32,000 bases of DNA from Buchnera aphidicola (Neophyllaphis podocarpi) (GTDB lineage: Bacteria; Pseudomonadota; Gammaproteobacteria; Enterobacterales; Enterobacteriaceae), in NCBI RefSeq assembly GCF_964059055.1, contig NZ_OZ060386.1, forward strand, positions 150,001 to 182,000. The letters are read 5' to 3'. The translations under genes and the position numbers were made by a program. Shown here piece after piece: positions 22,041 to 30,935 of this stretch. The notes below the pieces were generated by a model that saw only the letters and a program-made list of their open reading frames with translations, searched no databases and was not told where the DNA came from. The number at the start of each line of letters is the position of its first letter. The stretch's first letter is position 1.

Positions 22041-22316
22041 TTATATTTTTAATATTATATTATTTATTCCTATACAACAACATGGAAATATTTCTTTTCT
22101 AGATAATTTAGATGCTAATATTACAACATTATTAGGATAATATATTTTTCCACTAATTAATATTATTCTACAAGATCCACAGTATCCTTTTCTACATTGA
22201 AATTCTATATTAATTTTATTTTGTTCAAGTATATCTAATATAAAATTTTTTTTTGGAATGTAATTTATAATTTTTTTGTTTGTTTTTATAGTATAAAATT
22301 TTATTTTATAATTCAA
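22041..22316 (-). CDS. yfaE: 2Fe-2S ferredoxin YfaE (RNR diferric-tyrosyl radical cofactor maintenance)
   Basis: Cys motifs [10 protein letters not shown] and PCCC match E. coli YfaE (84 aa), and its position immediately after nrdB is conserved. No ATG is available. The homologous region begins near the TTG at 22316 (91 codons, 11-nt overlap with nrdB). The tracked ORF uses an upstream TTG at 22352 (103 codons, 47-nt overlap). The start is uncertain. Confidence 0.8.
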   Translation of the reverse strand: MNYKIKFYTIKTNKKIINYIPKKNFILDILEQNKINIEFQCRKGYCGSCRIILISGKIYYPNNVVILASKLSRKEIFPCCCIGINNIILKI

Positions 22317-23436
22317 AATTTTCAAATTCTCTTTTATTATAAGATGAGTCAATTTGTCCTGTTAGGTAAGAACTAATTTCTGTTTCTTGAGGAGCTACCT
22401 GAACGTTATCTGATATTAACCAGGTATTGATCCAAGGGATAGGATTATTTCTAATTTTAAAAGGTAATTCTAGTCCAATAGCTTTCATTCTAGAATTAGT
22501 TATGTATTCTATATACTGACATATAATTTCTTTGTTTAAACCTAACATAGATCCATCTTTAAATAGGTATTTTGCCCATTCTTTTTCTTGATTTGCTGCT
22601 TTTTTAAATATTTTAATACATTCTTTTTTTGATTTTTCTGCAATTTCTTTCATATTTTCTAAATTATTATTTTGATTAAATAAATTAATTATGTGTTGTG
22701 TTCCTGTTAAGTGTAAAGCTTCATCTCTTGCTATTAATCTAATAATTTTAGCATTTCCTTCCATTAATTTACGTTCTGCAAAAGCAAATGAACATGCAAA
22801 GCTTACATAAAATCTTATTGCTTCTAGTACATTCACACTCATTAAACATAAATATAATTTACTTTTTAAAATATTTATATTTATATTAATTTTTTTATTC
22901 TTAATAACATGAACTCCTTCTCCGAAAATATTCCAATAATTTGTAAATTTAATTAATTCATCATAATAAAAAGAAATATCATACGCTCTGTTTACTATAT
23001 TTTTGTTATTTACTATATCTTCGAATATGGATGAAGGATCATTTACTAGGTTTCTTATTATATGTGTATATGATCTAGAATGAATAGTTTCAGAAAAAGA
23101 CCATGTTTGTACCCATGTTTCTAATTCTGGAATTGAAATTAATGGTAAAAATGCTATATTAGGACTTCTACCTTGTATCGAATCTAATAAAGTTTGGTAT
23201 TTTAGATTACTAATAAATATGTGCTTTTCATTTTTTGGCAAATTAATAAAATCTATTCTATCTTTTGATAAATCTATTTCTTCTGGTCTCCAAAAAAAAG
23301 AAAGTTGTTTTTCTGTCAATTTTTCAAAAATTTCATATTTTTGTTGGTCATATCTTGCTATATTAACAGGTTGGCCAAAAAACATTGGTTCTTTTAACTG
23401 ATTATTTTTTTTTTGCGAAAAAGTAGTGTAATTCAT
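22306..23436 (-). CDS. nrdB: Ribonucleoside-diphosphate reductase 1, beta subunit
   Basis: 376 aa, the same length as E. coli NrdB and collinear with it ([67 protein letters not shown]). Confidence 0.97.
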   Translation of the reverse strand: MNYTTFSQKKNNQLKEPMFFGQPVNIARYDQQKYEIFEKLTEKQLSFFWRPEEIDLSKDRIDFINLPKNEKHIFISNLKYQTLLDSIQGRSPNIAFLPLISIPELETWVQTWSFSETIHSRSYTHIIRNLVNDPSSIFEDIVNNKNIVNRAYDISFYYDELIKFTNYWNIFGEGVHVIKNKKINININILKSKLYLCLMSVNVLEAIRFYVSFACSFAFAERKLMEGNAKIIRLIARDEALHLTGTQHIINLFNQNNNLENMKEIAEKSKKECIKIFKKAANQEKEWAKYLFKDGSMLGLNKEIICQYIEYITNSRMKAIGLELPFKIRNNPIPWINTWLISDNVQVAPQETEISSYLTGQIDSSYNKREFENFEL

Positions 23437-23508
23437 ATTAAAAACTTATTCCATTATTTATTTTCATAAAATATATTTTATATTATTTCTGTAAATAGTA
23501 AATAAATA

Positions 23509-25794
23509 TTATATTTTGCAAGAACCGCTTTCACAATTATCATATGATAATTTATCTAATATGTCGTTTTGTTTATCTTCTGCTCCATCACGAGTATTTT
23601 GATAATATAATGTTTTTAATCCTAATTTATATGCAATTAATAAATCTTTAATTAATTGTTTAATAGGAATTTTTTTATTTATAAATTTATTTGGATCATA
23701 ATTAGTATTAGCTGATATTGATTGATCAATAAACTTTTGCATAATACCTACTAACTGTAAATATCCATTATTGTTTGGTATATCCCATAACAATTCATAT
23801 TTATTTTTTAATTTTTCATATTCTGGTACTACTTGACGTAGTATTCCATCTTTTGATGATTTTATACTAATATATCCTCTAGGAGGTTCAATTCCATTTG
23901 TTGCATTAGAAATTTGTGAAGATGTTTCAGATGGCATTATTGCTGATAATGTTGAATTTCTTAAACCATATTTTTTGATTTTATTTCTTAGTTTTTCCCA
24001 GTTTAAATGTAATGGTTCCAAGCATATTTTATCAATATATTTCTTATAGTTATCTATTGGCAAAATTCCTTTTGAGTAATTTGTTTCATTAAACCATGAA
24101 CATTTTCCTTTTTCTTTTGCTAGTAAACACGATGCTTTTAATAGATAATATTGTATAGATTCAAAAGTTTTGTGTGTTAAATTTTTAGCGCTTCCATCTG
24201 AATATTTTACTCCATTTTTAGCTAAATAATATGCAAAGTTTATAACTCCTATACCTAAAGATCTTCTTTTTAATGCTCCTCTTTCAGCAGATATTATTGG
24301 ATATTCCTGATAATCTAATACTTCATCTAATCCTCTTACTATTAAATTTGATAGTTCTTCTAGTTCTTTTAAATTTTTAATAACACCTAAATTTATAGCA
24401 GATAATGTACACAAAGCTATTTCACCATTTTTGTCATTTATATTTTTTAGAGGTTTTGTTGGTAATATAACTTCTAAACATAAATTAGATTGTTTTAATG
24501 GTGCTATACTAGGATCAAAAGGACTATGTGTATTACTATGATCTACATTATGAATATATATTCTTCCTGTAGAAGATCTTTCTTTCATTAACAATGCAAA
24601 TAAATCTATTGCTTTTACTTGTTTTTTTCTTATTTTTTTATCTTTTTCGTATTTTTCGTACAATTTTTTAAATTTTTTTTGATCAGAAAAGAAATATTCA
24701 TATAAATTAGGTACATCTGATGGGCTAAATAAAGTTATTAATTCATCTTTTATCATTCTTTTGTACATTAATTTATTAATTTGCAAAGCATAGTCCATAT
24801 GTCGAACCCTATTTTCTTCTATTCCTCTATTATTTTTTAATACTAGTAAATTTTTTACTTCTAGATGCCATATGGGAAAAAATAATGTTGCAGCTCCTCC
24901 TCTAACTCCTCCTTGAGAACAAGACTTCACCGCCGTTTGAAAATGTTTATAAAAAGGAATACATCCTGTATGAAATGCTTCTCCATTTCTAATAGAACTA
25001 CCTAAAGCTCTTATTCTTCCCGCATTAATTCCAATTCCTGCTCTTTGTGATATATATTTAACTATACTGCTTGCTGTTGCATTAATAGAATCTAAAGTAT
25101 CATCGCATTCTATTAATACACATGAGCTAAATTGTCTAGTAGGAGTTCGAACACCAGACATGATAGGAGTTGGTAATGAAATTTTAAATGTAGATATAGC
25201 ATTGTAAAATTTTTGTATATATTTCATTCTGATTTTTTCTGGATATTTTGCAAATAAACATGCTGATATAAGAATATATAAAAATTGTGCACTTTCATAA
25301 ATCTTACCATTTATTCTATTTTGTATTAAATATTTTCCTTCTAATTGTTTTATAGCAGCATAAGAAAAATTCATATCTCTACAATGGTCTACAAAAGAAT
25401 TCATAGTTTTATAGTCTGCTATAGAATATTTTTTTAATAAATTTCTATCATATTTTCCTATTTTTACCATATATTTTACATGATCATATAATTCTGGAGG
25501 TTCAAATTTTCCATAAGCTTTTTTTCTTAAATGAAATACAGTTAATCTTGCAGCCATATATTGATAATCTGGTTGACTTTGAGATATTAAATCAGCTGTA
25601 GATTTTATAATAGTTTCATGTATATGTATAGTTTTTATACCATTATAAAATTGTATATGGGATCTTAATTCAACCTGTGAAACAGATACATTTTTAAGAC
25701 CTTTAGCTGCCCAATTAAGAACTTTATGAATTTTATCTAAGTTAATTTTTTCTTTTCTTCCATCTCTTTTAGTTACTAATAAACTATCATTCAT
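23509..25794 (-). CDS. nrdA: Ribonucleoside-diphosphate reductase 1, alpha subunit
   Basis: 761 aa, the same length as E. coli NrdA. N-terminal ATP-cone (LLVTKRDGRKEKINLDKIH), active-site region (SNLCLEV, SAIMPSETSS) and C-terminal CESGSCKI tail. Confidence 0.97.
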   Translation of the reverse strand: MNDSLLVTKRDGRKEKINLDKIHKVLNWAAKGLKNVSVSQVELRSHIQFYNGIKTIHIHETIIKSTADLISQSQPDYQYMAARLTVFHLRKKAYGKFEPPELYDHVKYMVKIGKYDRNLLKKYSIADYKTMNSFVDHCRDMNFSYAAIKQLEGKYLIQNRINGKIYESAQFLYILISACLFAKYPEKIRMKYIQKFYNAISTFKISLPTPIMSGVRTPTRQFSSCVLIECDDTLDSINATASSIVKYISQRAGIGINAGRIRALGSSIRNGEAFHTGCIPFYKHFQTAVKSCSQGGVRGGAATLFFPIWHLEVKNLLVLKNNRGIEENRVRHMDYALQINKLMYKRMIKDELITLFSPSDVPNLYEYFFSDQKKFKKLYEKYEKDKKIRKKQVKAIDLFALLMKERSSTGRIYIHNVDHSNTHSPFDPSIAPLKQSNLCLEVILPTKPLKNINDKNGEIALCTLSAINLGVIKNLKELEELSNLIVRGLDEVLDYQEYPIISAERGALKRRSLGIGVINFAYYLAKNGVKYSDGSAKNLTHKTFESIQYYLLKASCLLAKEKGKCSWFNETNYSKGILPIDNYKKYIDKICLEPLHLNWEKLRNKIKKYGLRNSTLSAIMPSETSSQISNATNGIEPPRGYISIKSSKDGILRQVVPEYEKLKNKYELLWDIPNNNGYLQLVGIMQKFIDQSISANTNYDPNKFINKKIPIKQLIKDLLIAYKLGLKTLYYQNTRDGAEDKQNDILDKLSYDNCESGSCKI

Positions 25795-25842
25795 TTTTTT
25801 ACCTATATTTATTTATTCCTCAAGTAAAATTTAATAATTATA

Positions 25843-28413
25843 TTATAGTAATATTTGTGCTTTATTAATAATATTTAATTTAGTCAAACAGGATTCAGCT
25901 ACTCTCTGCAAAGCAACTACATTTTCTTTATCAGTTGTTCTTATTAAGATGACTCCTTGAGTGTTTCTTTTTAATACTCCTACTTCAGATACTCTGATTC
26001 TTACTAAAGTTCCAGCATCTGTGATAATCATAATTTGATCTTTTTCGAAAACTTGTATTGCGCCTACCATTTTACCATTTTTTTTAGTTATTTTTATAGA
26101 TATTACTCCTTGTGTAGATCTAGATTTAATTGGATATTCTTCAATTTTAGTCCTTTTACCATATCCTCTTTTTGTTATAGTAAGTATATTTCTATTATCT
26201 CTAGGTACTATTAATGAAACTACTCTATCATTTTTCGATATTTTAATTCCTCTCATTCCAGATGCATTACGTCCCATATTTCTAACTTTATTTTCATGAA
26301 ATCTAACAACTTTACCTAGAGACGTAAATAACATAATATGATCATTTCCGTTAGTTAATGCTACACCTATTAATTCGTCATCTTCTCTTAAATTTAAAGC
26401 TATAATTCCTGCGCTTCTAGGTCTACTAAATTGATGTAGAGAAGTTTTTTTTACTATTCCGTGAGATGTTGCCATTAGTATATTGATATTATCTTTATAT
26501 TTATTAATTGGTAGAATTGCTGTTATTCTTTCTTTAGAGTTTAAAGGTAGTAAATTTACTATTGGTTTACCTCTAGCTATTCTGCTTGATTCTGGTAATT
26601 GATATACTTTCATCCAATATATTATTCCTTTACTAGAAAAACATAATATTGTATCATGAGTATTTGTTACTATTAGTTTATCAATAAAGTCTTCTTCTTT
26701 AATTCTTGCTGCTGATTTTCCTTTTCCTCCTCTTCTTTGTGCTTCATAATCTGATATAGGTTGATATTTAACGTATCCTGAATGTGATAATGTGACTACT
26801 ACATCTTCTTTATTTATCATGTCTTCTATATTTATATCTATAATATTTTTATTTATTTCTGTTTTTCTTTTATCTCCAAATGTTTTTTTAATATCAGTTA
26901 ATTCTTGTTTTATGATGTTTATCATTTTTACAGGATTTCTTAATATTAATTTTAGTTCTTTTATTTTTTTAATTAAACTATCATATTCTTTTATGATATT
27001 TTGTTGTTCAATTTTAGTTATTTTGTTTATTTTTAAATCTAGTATTTTTTCAGTTTGTTTTTCAGAAAAATAATATTTATCTTTTGTGATGTTTTTTGCT
27101 TGTTTTTTACTTTTAAACAATTCTATTTGATTATTTTGAATTTTTTTAATTATACAATTATTTATTTTCCATCCTTTAGATAATATTATTTTTCTCGCTT
27201 CTTTAACTTCTTTAGTTTTTTGTATTAATTTTATTATATAATCTATATTATTTATAGCTATCATTATTCCTTCTAATGCATGAGCTTTATTTTTAAATTT
27301 CAATAACTCAAATATACTTCTTTTAGTTATTATTTCTTTTCTATGGTTAATAAAAGACTTTATAATTTTTTTTAAAGACATGATTTCCGGTCTGCCTTTG
27401 TTTAAAGCAACCATATTTATTCCAAAAGAAATTTGTAATTGTGTTAGAGAATAAAGATTATTTAATACTACTTCTGGAACTGATTCTTTTTTAATTTCTA
27501 TTATGATGCGCATTCCTTCTTTGTCTGATTCATCTCTTAAAGCACTTATTCCATCTATCTTTTTATCTCTTATTAATTCAGCTATTTTTTCTATTAATCT
27601 TGATTTATTTACTTGATAAGGAATTTCTTGGATAACTATAATTGTTTTTTTATTTTTAGAATTAGATTCTATTTTATGACGAGACCTTATATAAATTTTT
27701 CCTTTACCTGTTTTATAGGCTGATATTATTCCTTCTTTTCCGTTTATAATACCTGCTGTTGGAAAATCAGGGCCAGGAATGTGTTCCATTAGCTTATCTA
27801 CTGAAATATTATTATCTTCAATAAATGCTATGCATCCATTTATAATTTCTTTTAAGTTATGCGGAGGAATATTAGTTGCCATACCTACGGCAATACCTGA
27901 AGCACCATTAATTAATATGTTTGGTATTCTTGTAGGTAATACTTCAGGCATTTTTTCTGTTTCATCATAATTAAATACAAATTTAACTGTATTTTTTTCT
28001 AAATCACTCAATAATTCTTTTGCTATTTTAGACATACGAACTTCTGTATATCTCATAGCTGCTGCAGAATCTCCATCGATTGATCCAAAATTACCTTGAC
28101 CATCAATTAACATATATCTTAAAGAAAAAGACTGAGCCATTCTTACAATTGCTTCATATACAGAAGTATCTCCATGAGGATGATATTTTCCAATAACATC
28201 ACCTACTATACGAGCTGATTTTTTATACGGTTTGTTATGTTCATTATTTAACATATACATTGCGAATAAAACTCTACGGTGTACAGGTTTTAGTCCATCT
28301 CTAACATCTGGCAATGCTCTACCTATAATTACTGACATAGCATAATCTAAATAAGAATTTTTTAACTCTTCTTCAAGATTAATTTTTACAACTTCTTTAG
28401 TAAGATTATTCAT
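25843..28413 (-). CDS. gyrA: DNA gyrase subunit A
   Basis: 856 aa. N-terminal block [29 protein letters not shown], catalytic Tyr in AAMRYTE, and C-terminal beta-pinwheel repeats. Collinear with E. coli GyrA. Confidence 0.97.
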   Translation of the reverse strand: MNNLTKEVVKINLEEELKNSYLDYAMSVIIGRALPDVRDGLKPVHRRVLFAMYMLNNEHNKPYKKSARIVGDVIGKYHPHGDTSVYEAIVRMAQSFSLRYMLIDGQGNFGSIDGDSAAAMRYTEVRMSKIAKELLSDLEKNTVKFVFNYDETEKMPEVLPTRIPNILINGASGIAVGMATNIPPHNLKEIINGCIAFIEDNNISVDKLMEHIPGPDFPTAGIINGKEGIISAYKTGKGKIYIRSRHKIESNSKNKKTIIVIQEIPYQVNKSRLIEKIAELIRDKKIDGISALRDESDKEGMRIIIEIKKESVPEVVLNNLYSLTQLQISFGINMVALNKGRPEIMSLKKIIKSFINHRKEIITKRSIFELLKFKNKAHALEGIMIAINNIDYIIKLIQKTKEVKEARKIILSKGWKINNCIIKKIQNNQIELFKSKKQAKNITKDKYYFSEKQTEKILDLKINKITKIEQQNIIKEYDSLIKKIKELKLILRNPVKMINIIKQELTDIKKTFGDKRKTEINKNIIDINIEDMINKEDVVVTLSHSGYVKYQPISDYEAQRRGGKGKSAARIKEEDFIDKLIVTNTHDTILCFSSKGIIYWMKVYQLPESSRIARGKPIVNLLPLNSKERITAILPINKYKDNINILMATSHGIVKKTSLHQFSRPRSAGIIALNLREDDELIGVALTNGNDHIMLFTSLGKVVRFHENKVRNMGRNASGMRGIKISKNDRVVSLIVPRDNRNILTITKRGYGKRTKIEEYPIKSRSTQGVISIKITKKNGKMVGAIQVFEKDQIMIITDAGTLVRIRVSEVGVLKRNTQGVILIRTTDKENVVALQRVAESCLTKLNIINKAQILL

Positions 28414-28694
28414 ACAACTTTTCTCTTAACTAATATTGAGTTTTATAAATTATTAATATAAAGTATAACATATTGAATTTACTCGGTGAATGAAAAAAAA
28501 ATCAATTATTTTTCTTTTTTTTAAAAATTTTGATCTAATTTTTTATAAATAAAAATTTATTTTTAAATAAAAGATTAATAATATATTAAAATTATTTTTT
28601 GTTTTAGATATATAGTTTTTATTATATAATCAATTGATTTAAGTTATTTATTTCTTAAAGTTAAATTAAAATAAATATAAATAGAGAATAAATT

Positions 28695-29429
28695 ATGCAT
28701 AATGAAGAAATAAGTTTAATAAAAAATCTTTTTTATAGATTAAAAGAAGCTGAAATTAGTTCTAATTCTAGGGATCAGAACGCAGAAAAAATTATAAAAA
28801 ACTTATTAGATAATCAACCAAATTCTCCTTACTATATGATTCAAACTATTTTGATACAAGAAGAAGCTATTAAAAAATTAAATGCAAAAATTAATCTATT
28901 AGAAAACAAAATTATATCATCTAAATCTAAAACAAATAATAAAGGTTTTTTTTCTAATATATTTGGTCGAAATAATAATGAAAATGATACATTCAATAAT
29001 AAACAATATTATCCTAATAATTTAATTAATACTGAAAATAATACTCCAACGTTACAATCATCTGATGTTTCTAGTAATTCTTTTACAAGAAATCCGCGAG
29101 GCGTTTCTTCTATTGTTGGTAGCAACAATAATAATAGTTTTTTAGGAAATGCTTTACAAACAGCTACTGGTGTTGCAGGCGGAGTAGTTATGGCTAATAT
29201 GTTAACTAGTCTTTTTCATAACTCCAAAAATGATGATTCTTCCAATTCAGTTAATGAATCTTCATCTGCTACTCATTTAAATAATAATGATGATCATTAC
29301 TCTAATTCTTTACCCGAAAATAATACACATAAAGATTATTGTGCATTTAGTGATGATGATAATGTCAGTGATAGTTCTGATATTAATGATTTTAGTGAAG
29401 TTTATGATGATGATGATAATTTAATTTAG
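28695..29429 (+). CDS. Conserved uncharacterised protein, DUF2076-like (recognised from memory of the family, not searched)
   Basis: 244 aa. The N-terminal block (EISLIKNLFYRLKEAE...NSPYYMIQTILIQEEAIKKLNAKINLLENKI) and the Gly/Ala-rich hydrophobic block (FLGNALQTATGVAGGVVMANMLTSLF) match the architecture I recall for DUF2076/COG3416 proteins of Enterobacterales. There is an Asn/Ser-rich linker and an acidic tail. AGAGAA sits upstream of the ATG. Confidence 0.7.
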   Translation: MHNEEISLIKNLFYRLKEAEISSNSRDQNAEKIIKNLLDNQPNSPYYMIQTILIQEEAIKKLNAKINLLENKIISSKSKTNNKGFFSNIFGRNNNENDTFNNKQYYPNNLINTENNTPTLQSSDVSSNSFTRNPRGVSSIVGSNNNNSFLGNALQTATGVAGGVVMANMLTSLFHNSKNDDSSNSVNESSSATHLNNNDDHYSNSLPENNTHKDYCAFSDDDNVSDSSDINDFSEVYDDDDNLI

Positions 29430-29435
29430 TTAATT

Positions 29436-29471
29436 AGAAAACTAGGATAGAAAAATCTATCCTAGTTTTCT
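29436..29471. terminator. Perfect 15-bp hairpin between convergent genes (candidate bidirectional intrinsic terminator)
   Basis: agaaaactaggatag (29436-50), loop aaaaat, ctatcctagttttct (29457-71): 15 consecutive Watson-Crick pairs including 4 G:C. Followed by ttgttgttt on the + strand. It lies 6 nt after the DUF2076-gene stop and 7 nt before the ahpC stop. Confidence 0.7.
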
Positions 29472-29478
29472 TTGTTGT

Positions 29479-30072
29479 TTAATATTTTTCTCTTAAGTAT
29501 TTTACTATACCTTCTTGCGAAGCTTTTATTCCTTTCTCTCCTTTTTTCCATTCAGCAGGGCAAACTTCTCCATTATTTTGATGAAATATTATGGCGTCTA
29601 TCATTCTGATAATTTCTTTTACATTTCTTCCATAAGGTAAATCATTTACTGTTTGATGACGTATTATTCCTTTTTGATCTATAATGAAAGATGCTCTAAA
29701 AGCTACACTCATACTAGGATGTTCTACTCCATATGATTTTTGAATTTCTTTTTTAATATCAGATACCATGATATATTTTATTTTTCCTATTCCCCCATTA
29801 TGTATATCAGTATTTCTCCATGCATTATGAACAAATACTGAATCACATGAAACCCCAATAATTTTTGTATTTCTTTTTTCAAACTCTCTAATTGATTTAT
29901 TAAATGTAATAATTTCAGAAGGACAAACAAATGTAAAATCCATAGGCCAGAAAAATAATACAGATATTTTATTTTTAGTGTATTTTTTAAAGTTAAAATT
30001 GTTAACTATATCACCATTTTCTAAAATTGCATCTGCATTAAAATCTGGCGCTTTATTAGTTACTAGTGTCAT
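29479..30072 (-). CDS. ahpC: Typical 2-Cys peroxiredoxin (AhpC/Tsa family)
   Basis: 197 aa. Peroxidatic Cys in FFWPMDFTFVCPSE and resolving Cys in GEVCPAEW. Confidence 0.93.
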   Translation of the reverse strand: MTLVTNKAPDFNADAILENGDIVNNFNFKKYTKNKISVLFFWPMDFTFVCPSEIITFNKSIREFEKRNTKIIGVSCDSVFVHNAWRNTDIHNGGIGKIKYIMVSDIKKEIQKSYGVEHPSMSVAFRASFIIDQKGIIRHQTVNDLPYGRNVKEIIRMIDAIIFHQNNGEVCPAEWKKGEKGIKASQEGIVKYLREKY

Positions 30073-30245
30073 TTTTGCTCCATATTTCAGTTTTATATAA
30101 GTTTAATTATAATAAATATATTATTTCATATTTTTAAAATTTTTTAAAATAAAAAATTTTTGATATTTTTTAATATTTGATTTAAAATATTTCTCATAAC
30201 TAAAATATAGCATAACTTTATTATGTATAAAATGAAGAATTTTAC

Positions 30246-30896
30246 TTGGAAAAAATTACTACAACCAGAAAAAAAAAAAAATATTTCAATGAAATTATTA
30301 ATTTTATAAATTTAGAAAAAAAGCATAAGATAATTTATCCTCCTAATCATAAAATATTTTATTTTTTAAAGATAACTGAATTTTATAGAGTAAAAGTTGT
30401 AATAATAGGTCAAGATCCTTATTATCAAACAAATCAAGCTAACGGCCTAGCTTTTTCTGTACCTAAGGGAATTAAAATTCCTCCTTCTTTAATTAATATA
30501 TATAAAGAATTAAGTAACGATATTCTTGGATGGAAATTTCCTAATCATGGATGTTTATATAAATGGGCTATTCAAGGTGTTTTTTTATTAAATACTATTT
30601 TGACAGTTGAACATGGAAAACCTTTTTCACATTCAAATGTAGGATGGAATTTTTTTACAGATTATATAATTAGTTTGATAAATAAACATTTAACTGGAAT
30701 AATATTTTTGCTTTGGGGATCTAAAGCTCAAAAAAAAGTTAATTTAATAGATTCTAATAAGCATTATATTTTAAAATCTTCTCATCCTTCACCGTTAGCA
30801 GCTCACCGTGGATTTTTTGGATGTAAGCATTTTTCTAAAGTTAATAAGATATTACTTTTAAATAATCAAAAAAAAATTGATTGGTCATTAATTTAA
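30246..30896 (+). CDS. ung: Uracil-DNA glycosylase. This is the longest intact frame; the native N-terminus is in another frame upstream of an A13 tract.
   Basis: Catalytic motifs GQDPY, GLAFSV, LLNT.LTV, HPSPL and FFGC.HF. The tracked ORF starts at TTG 30246. The homologous start MKNFTWKKLLQPEKKK (vs E. coli MANELTWHDVLAEEKQQP) is the ATG at 30232 in the +1-offset frame and runs into A13 (30269..30281). One extra A would join both parts with exactly E. coli spacing (11 residues between TW and YF). Confidence 0.88.
   Translation: MEKITTTRKKKKYFNEIINFINLEKKHKIIYPPNHKIFYFLKITEFYRVKVVIIGQDPYYQTNQANGLAFSVPKGIKIPPSLINIYKELSNDILGWKFPNHGCLYKWAIQGVFLLNTILTVEHGKPFSHSNVGWNFFTDYIISLINKHLTGIIFLLWGSKAQKKVNLIDSNKHYILKSSHPSPLAAHRGFFGCKHFSKVNKILLLNNQKKIDWSLI
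30269..30281 (+). repeat. A13 homopolymer at the ung frameshift point (longest homopolymer I found in the window)
   Basis: gaa aaa aaa aaa aat in the ATG-30232 frame, versus aga aaa aaa aaa aaa tat in the catalytic-domain frame. Confidence 0.9.
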
Positions 30897-30929
30897 TATA
30901 ATAATTTAAATTATTATATTAAATTAATG
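30886..30929. terminator. Perfect 44-nt palindrome (22-nt arms) between convergent ung and grpE; candidate bidirectional hairpin terminator or RNA 3' stabiliser
   Basis: cattaatttaatataataattt | aaattattatattaaattaatg. The right arm is the exact reverse complement of the left arm. It covers the last three sense codons plus the stop of ung and ends 6 nt from the grpE stop (TAG at 30936-38). Confidence 0.6.
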
Positions 30930-30935
30930 TTATGG

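Noticed and set aside
21913-22140. The 75-aa ORF covering the ackA-yfaE spacer, as a possible pta remnant or novel small gene
   Set aside because: The product is Phe/Tyr/Asn/Ile low complexity with no Pta-like motif. Its 3' half is antisense to yfaE, and the unoccupied part is only 142 bp.
28153-28167. GyrA quinolone-resistance-determining region reads T83-S84-V-Y-E87, versus E. coli S83-A84-V-Y-D87
   Set aside because: These are conservative, natural variants. Thr83 is the wild-type residue in some susceptible species such as Pseudomonas aeruginosa. There is no reason to infer selected quinolone resistance in an intracellular symbiont.
28490-28552. A 20-codon ORF (MKKKSIIFLFFKNFDLIFYK) in the 281-bp gyrA / DUF2076-gene divergent spacer, and the 12-nt palindrome aatcaattgatt at 28628-28639
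   Set aside because: The mini-ORF has no properly spaced SD and is the kind of frame expected by chance. The palindrome is short, and I cannot link it to any known operator. It is noted only as a possible site if promoter mapping is done.
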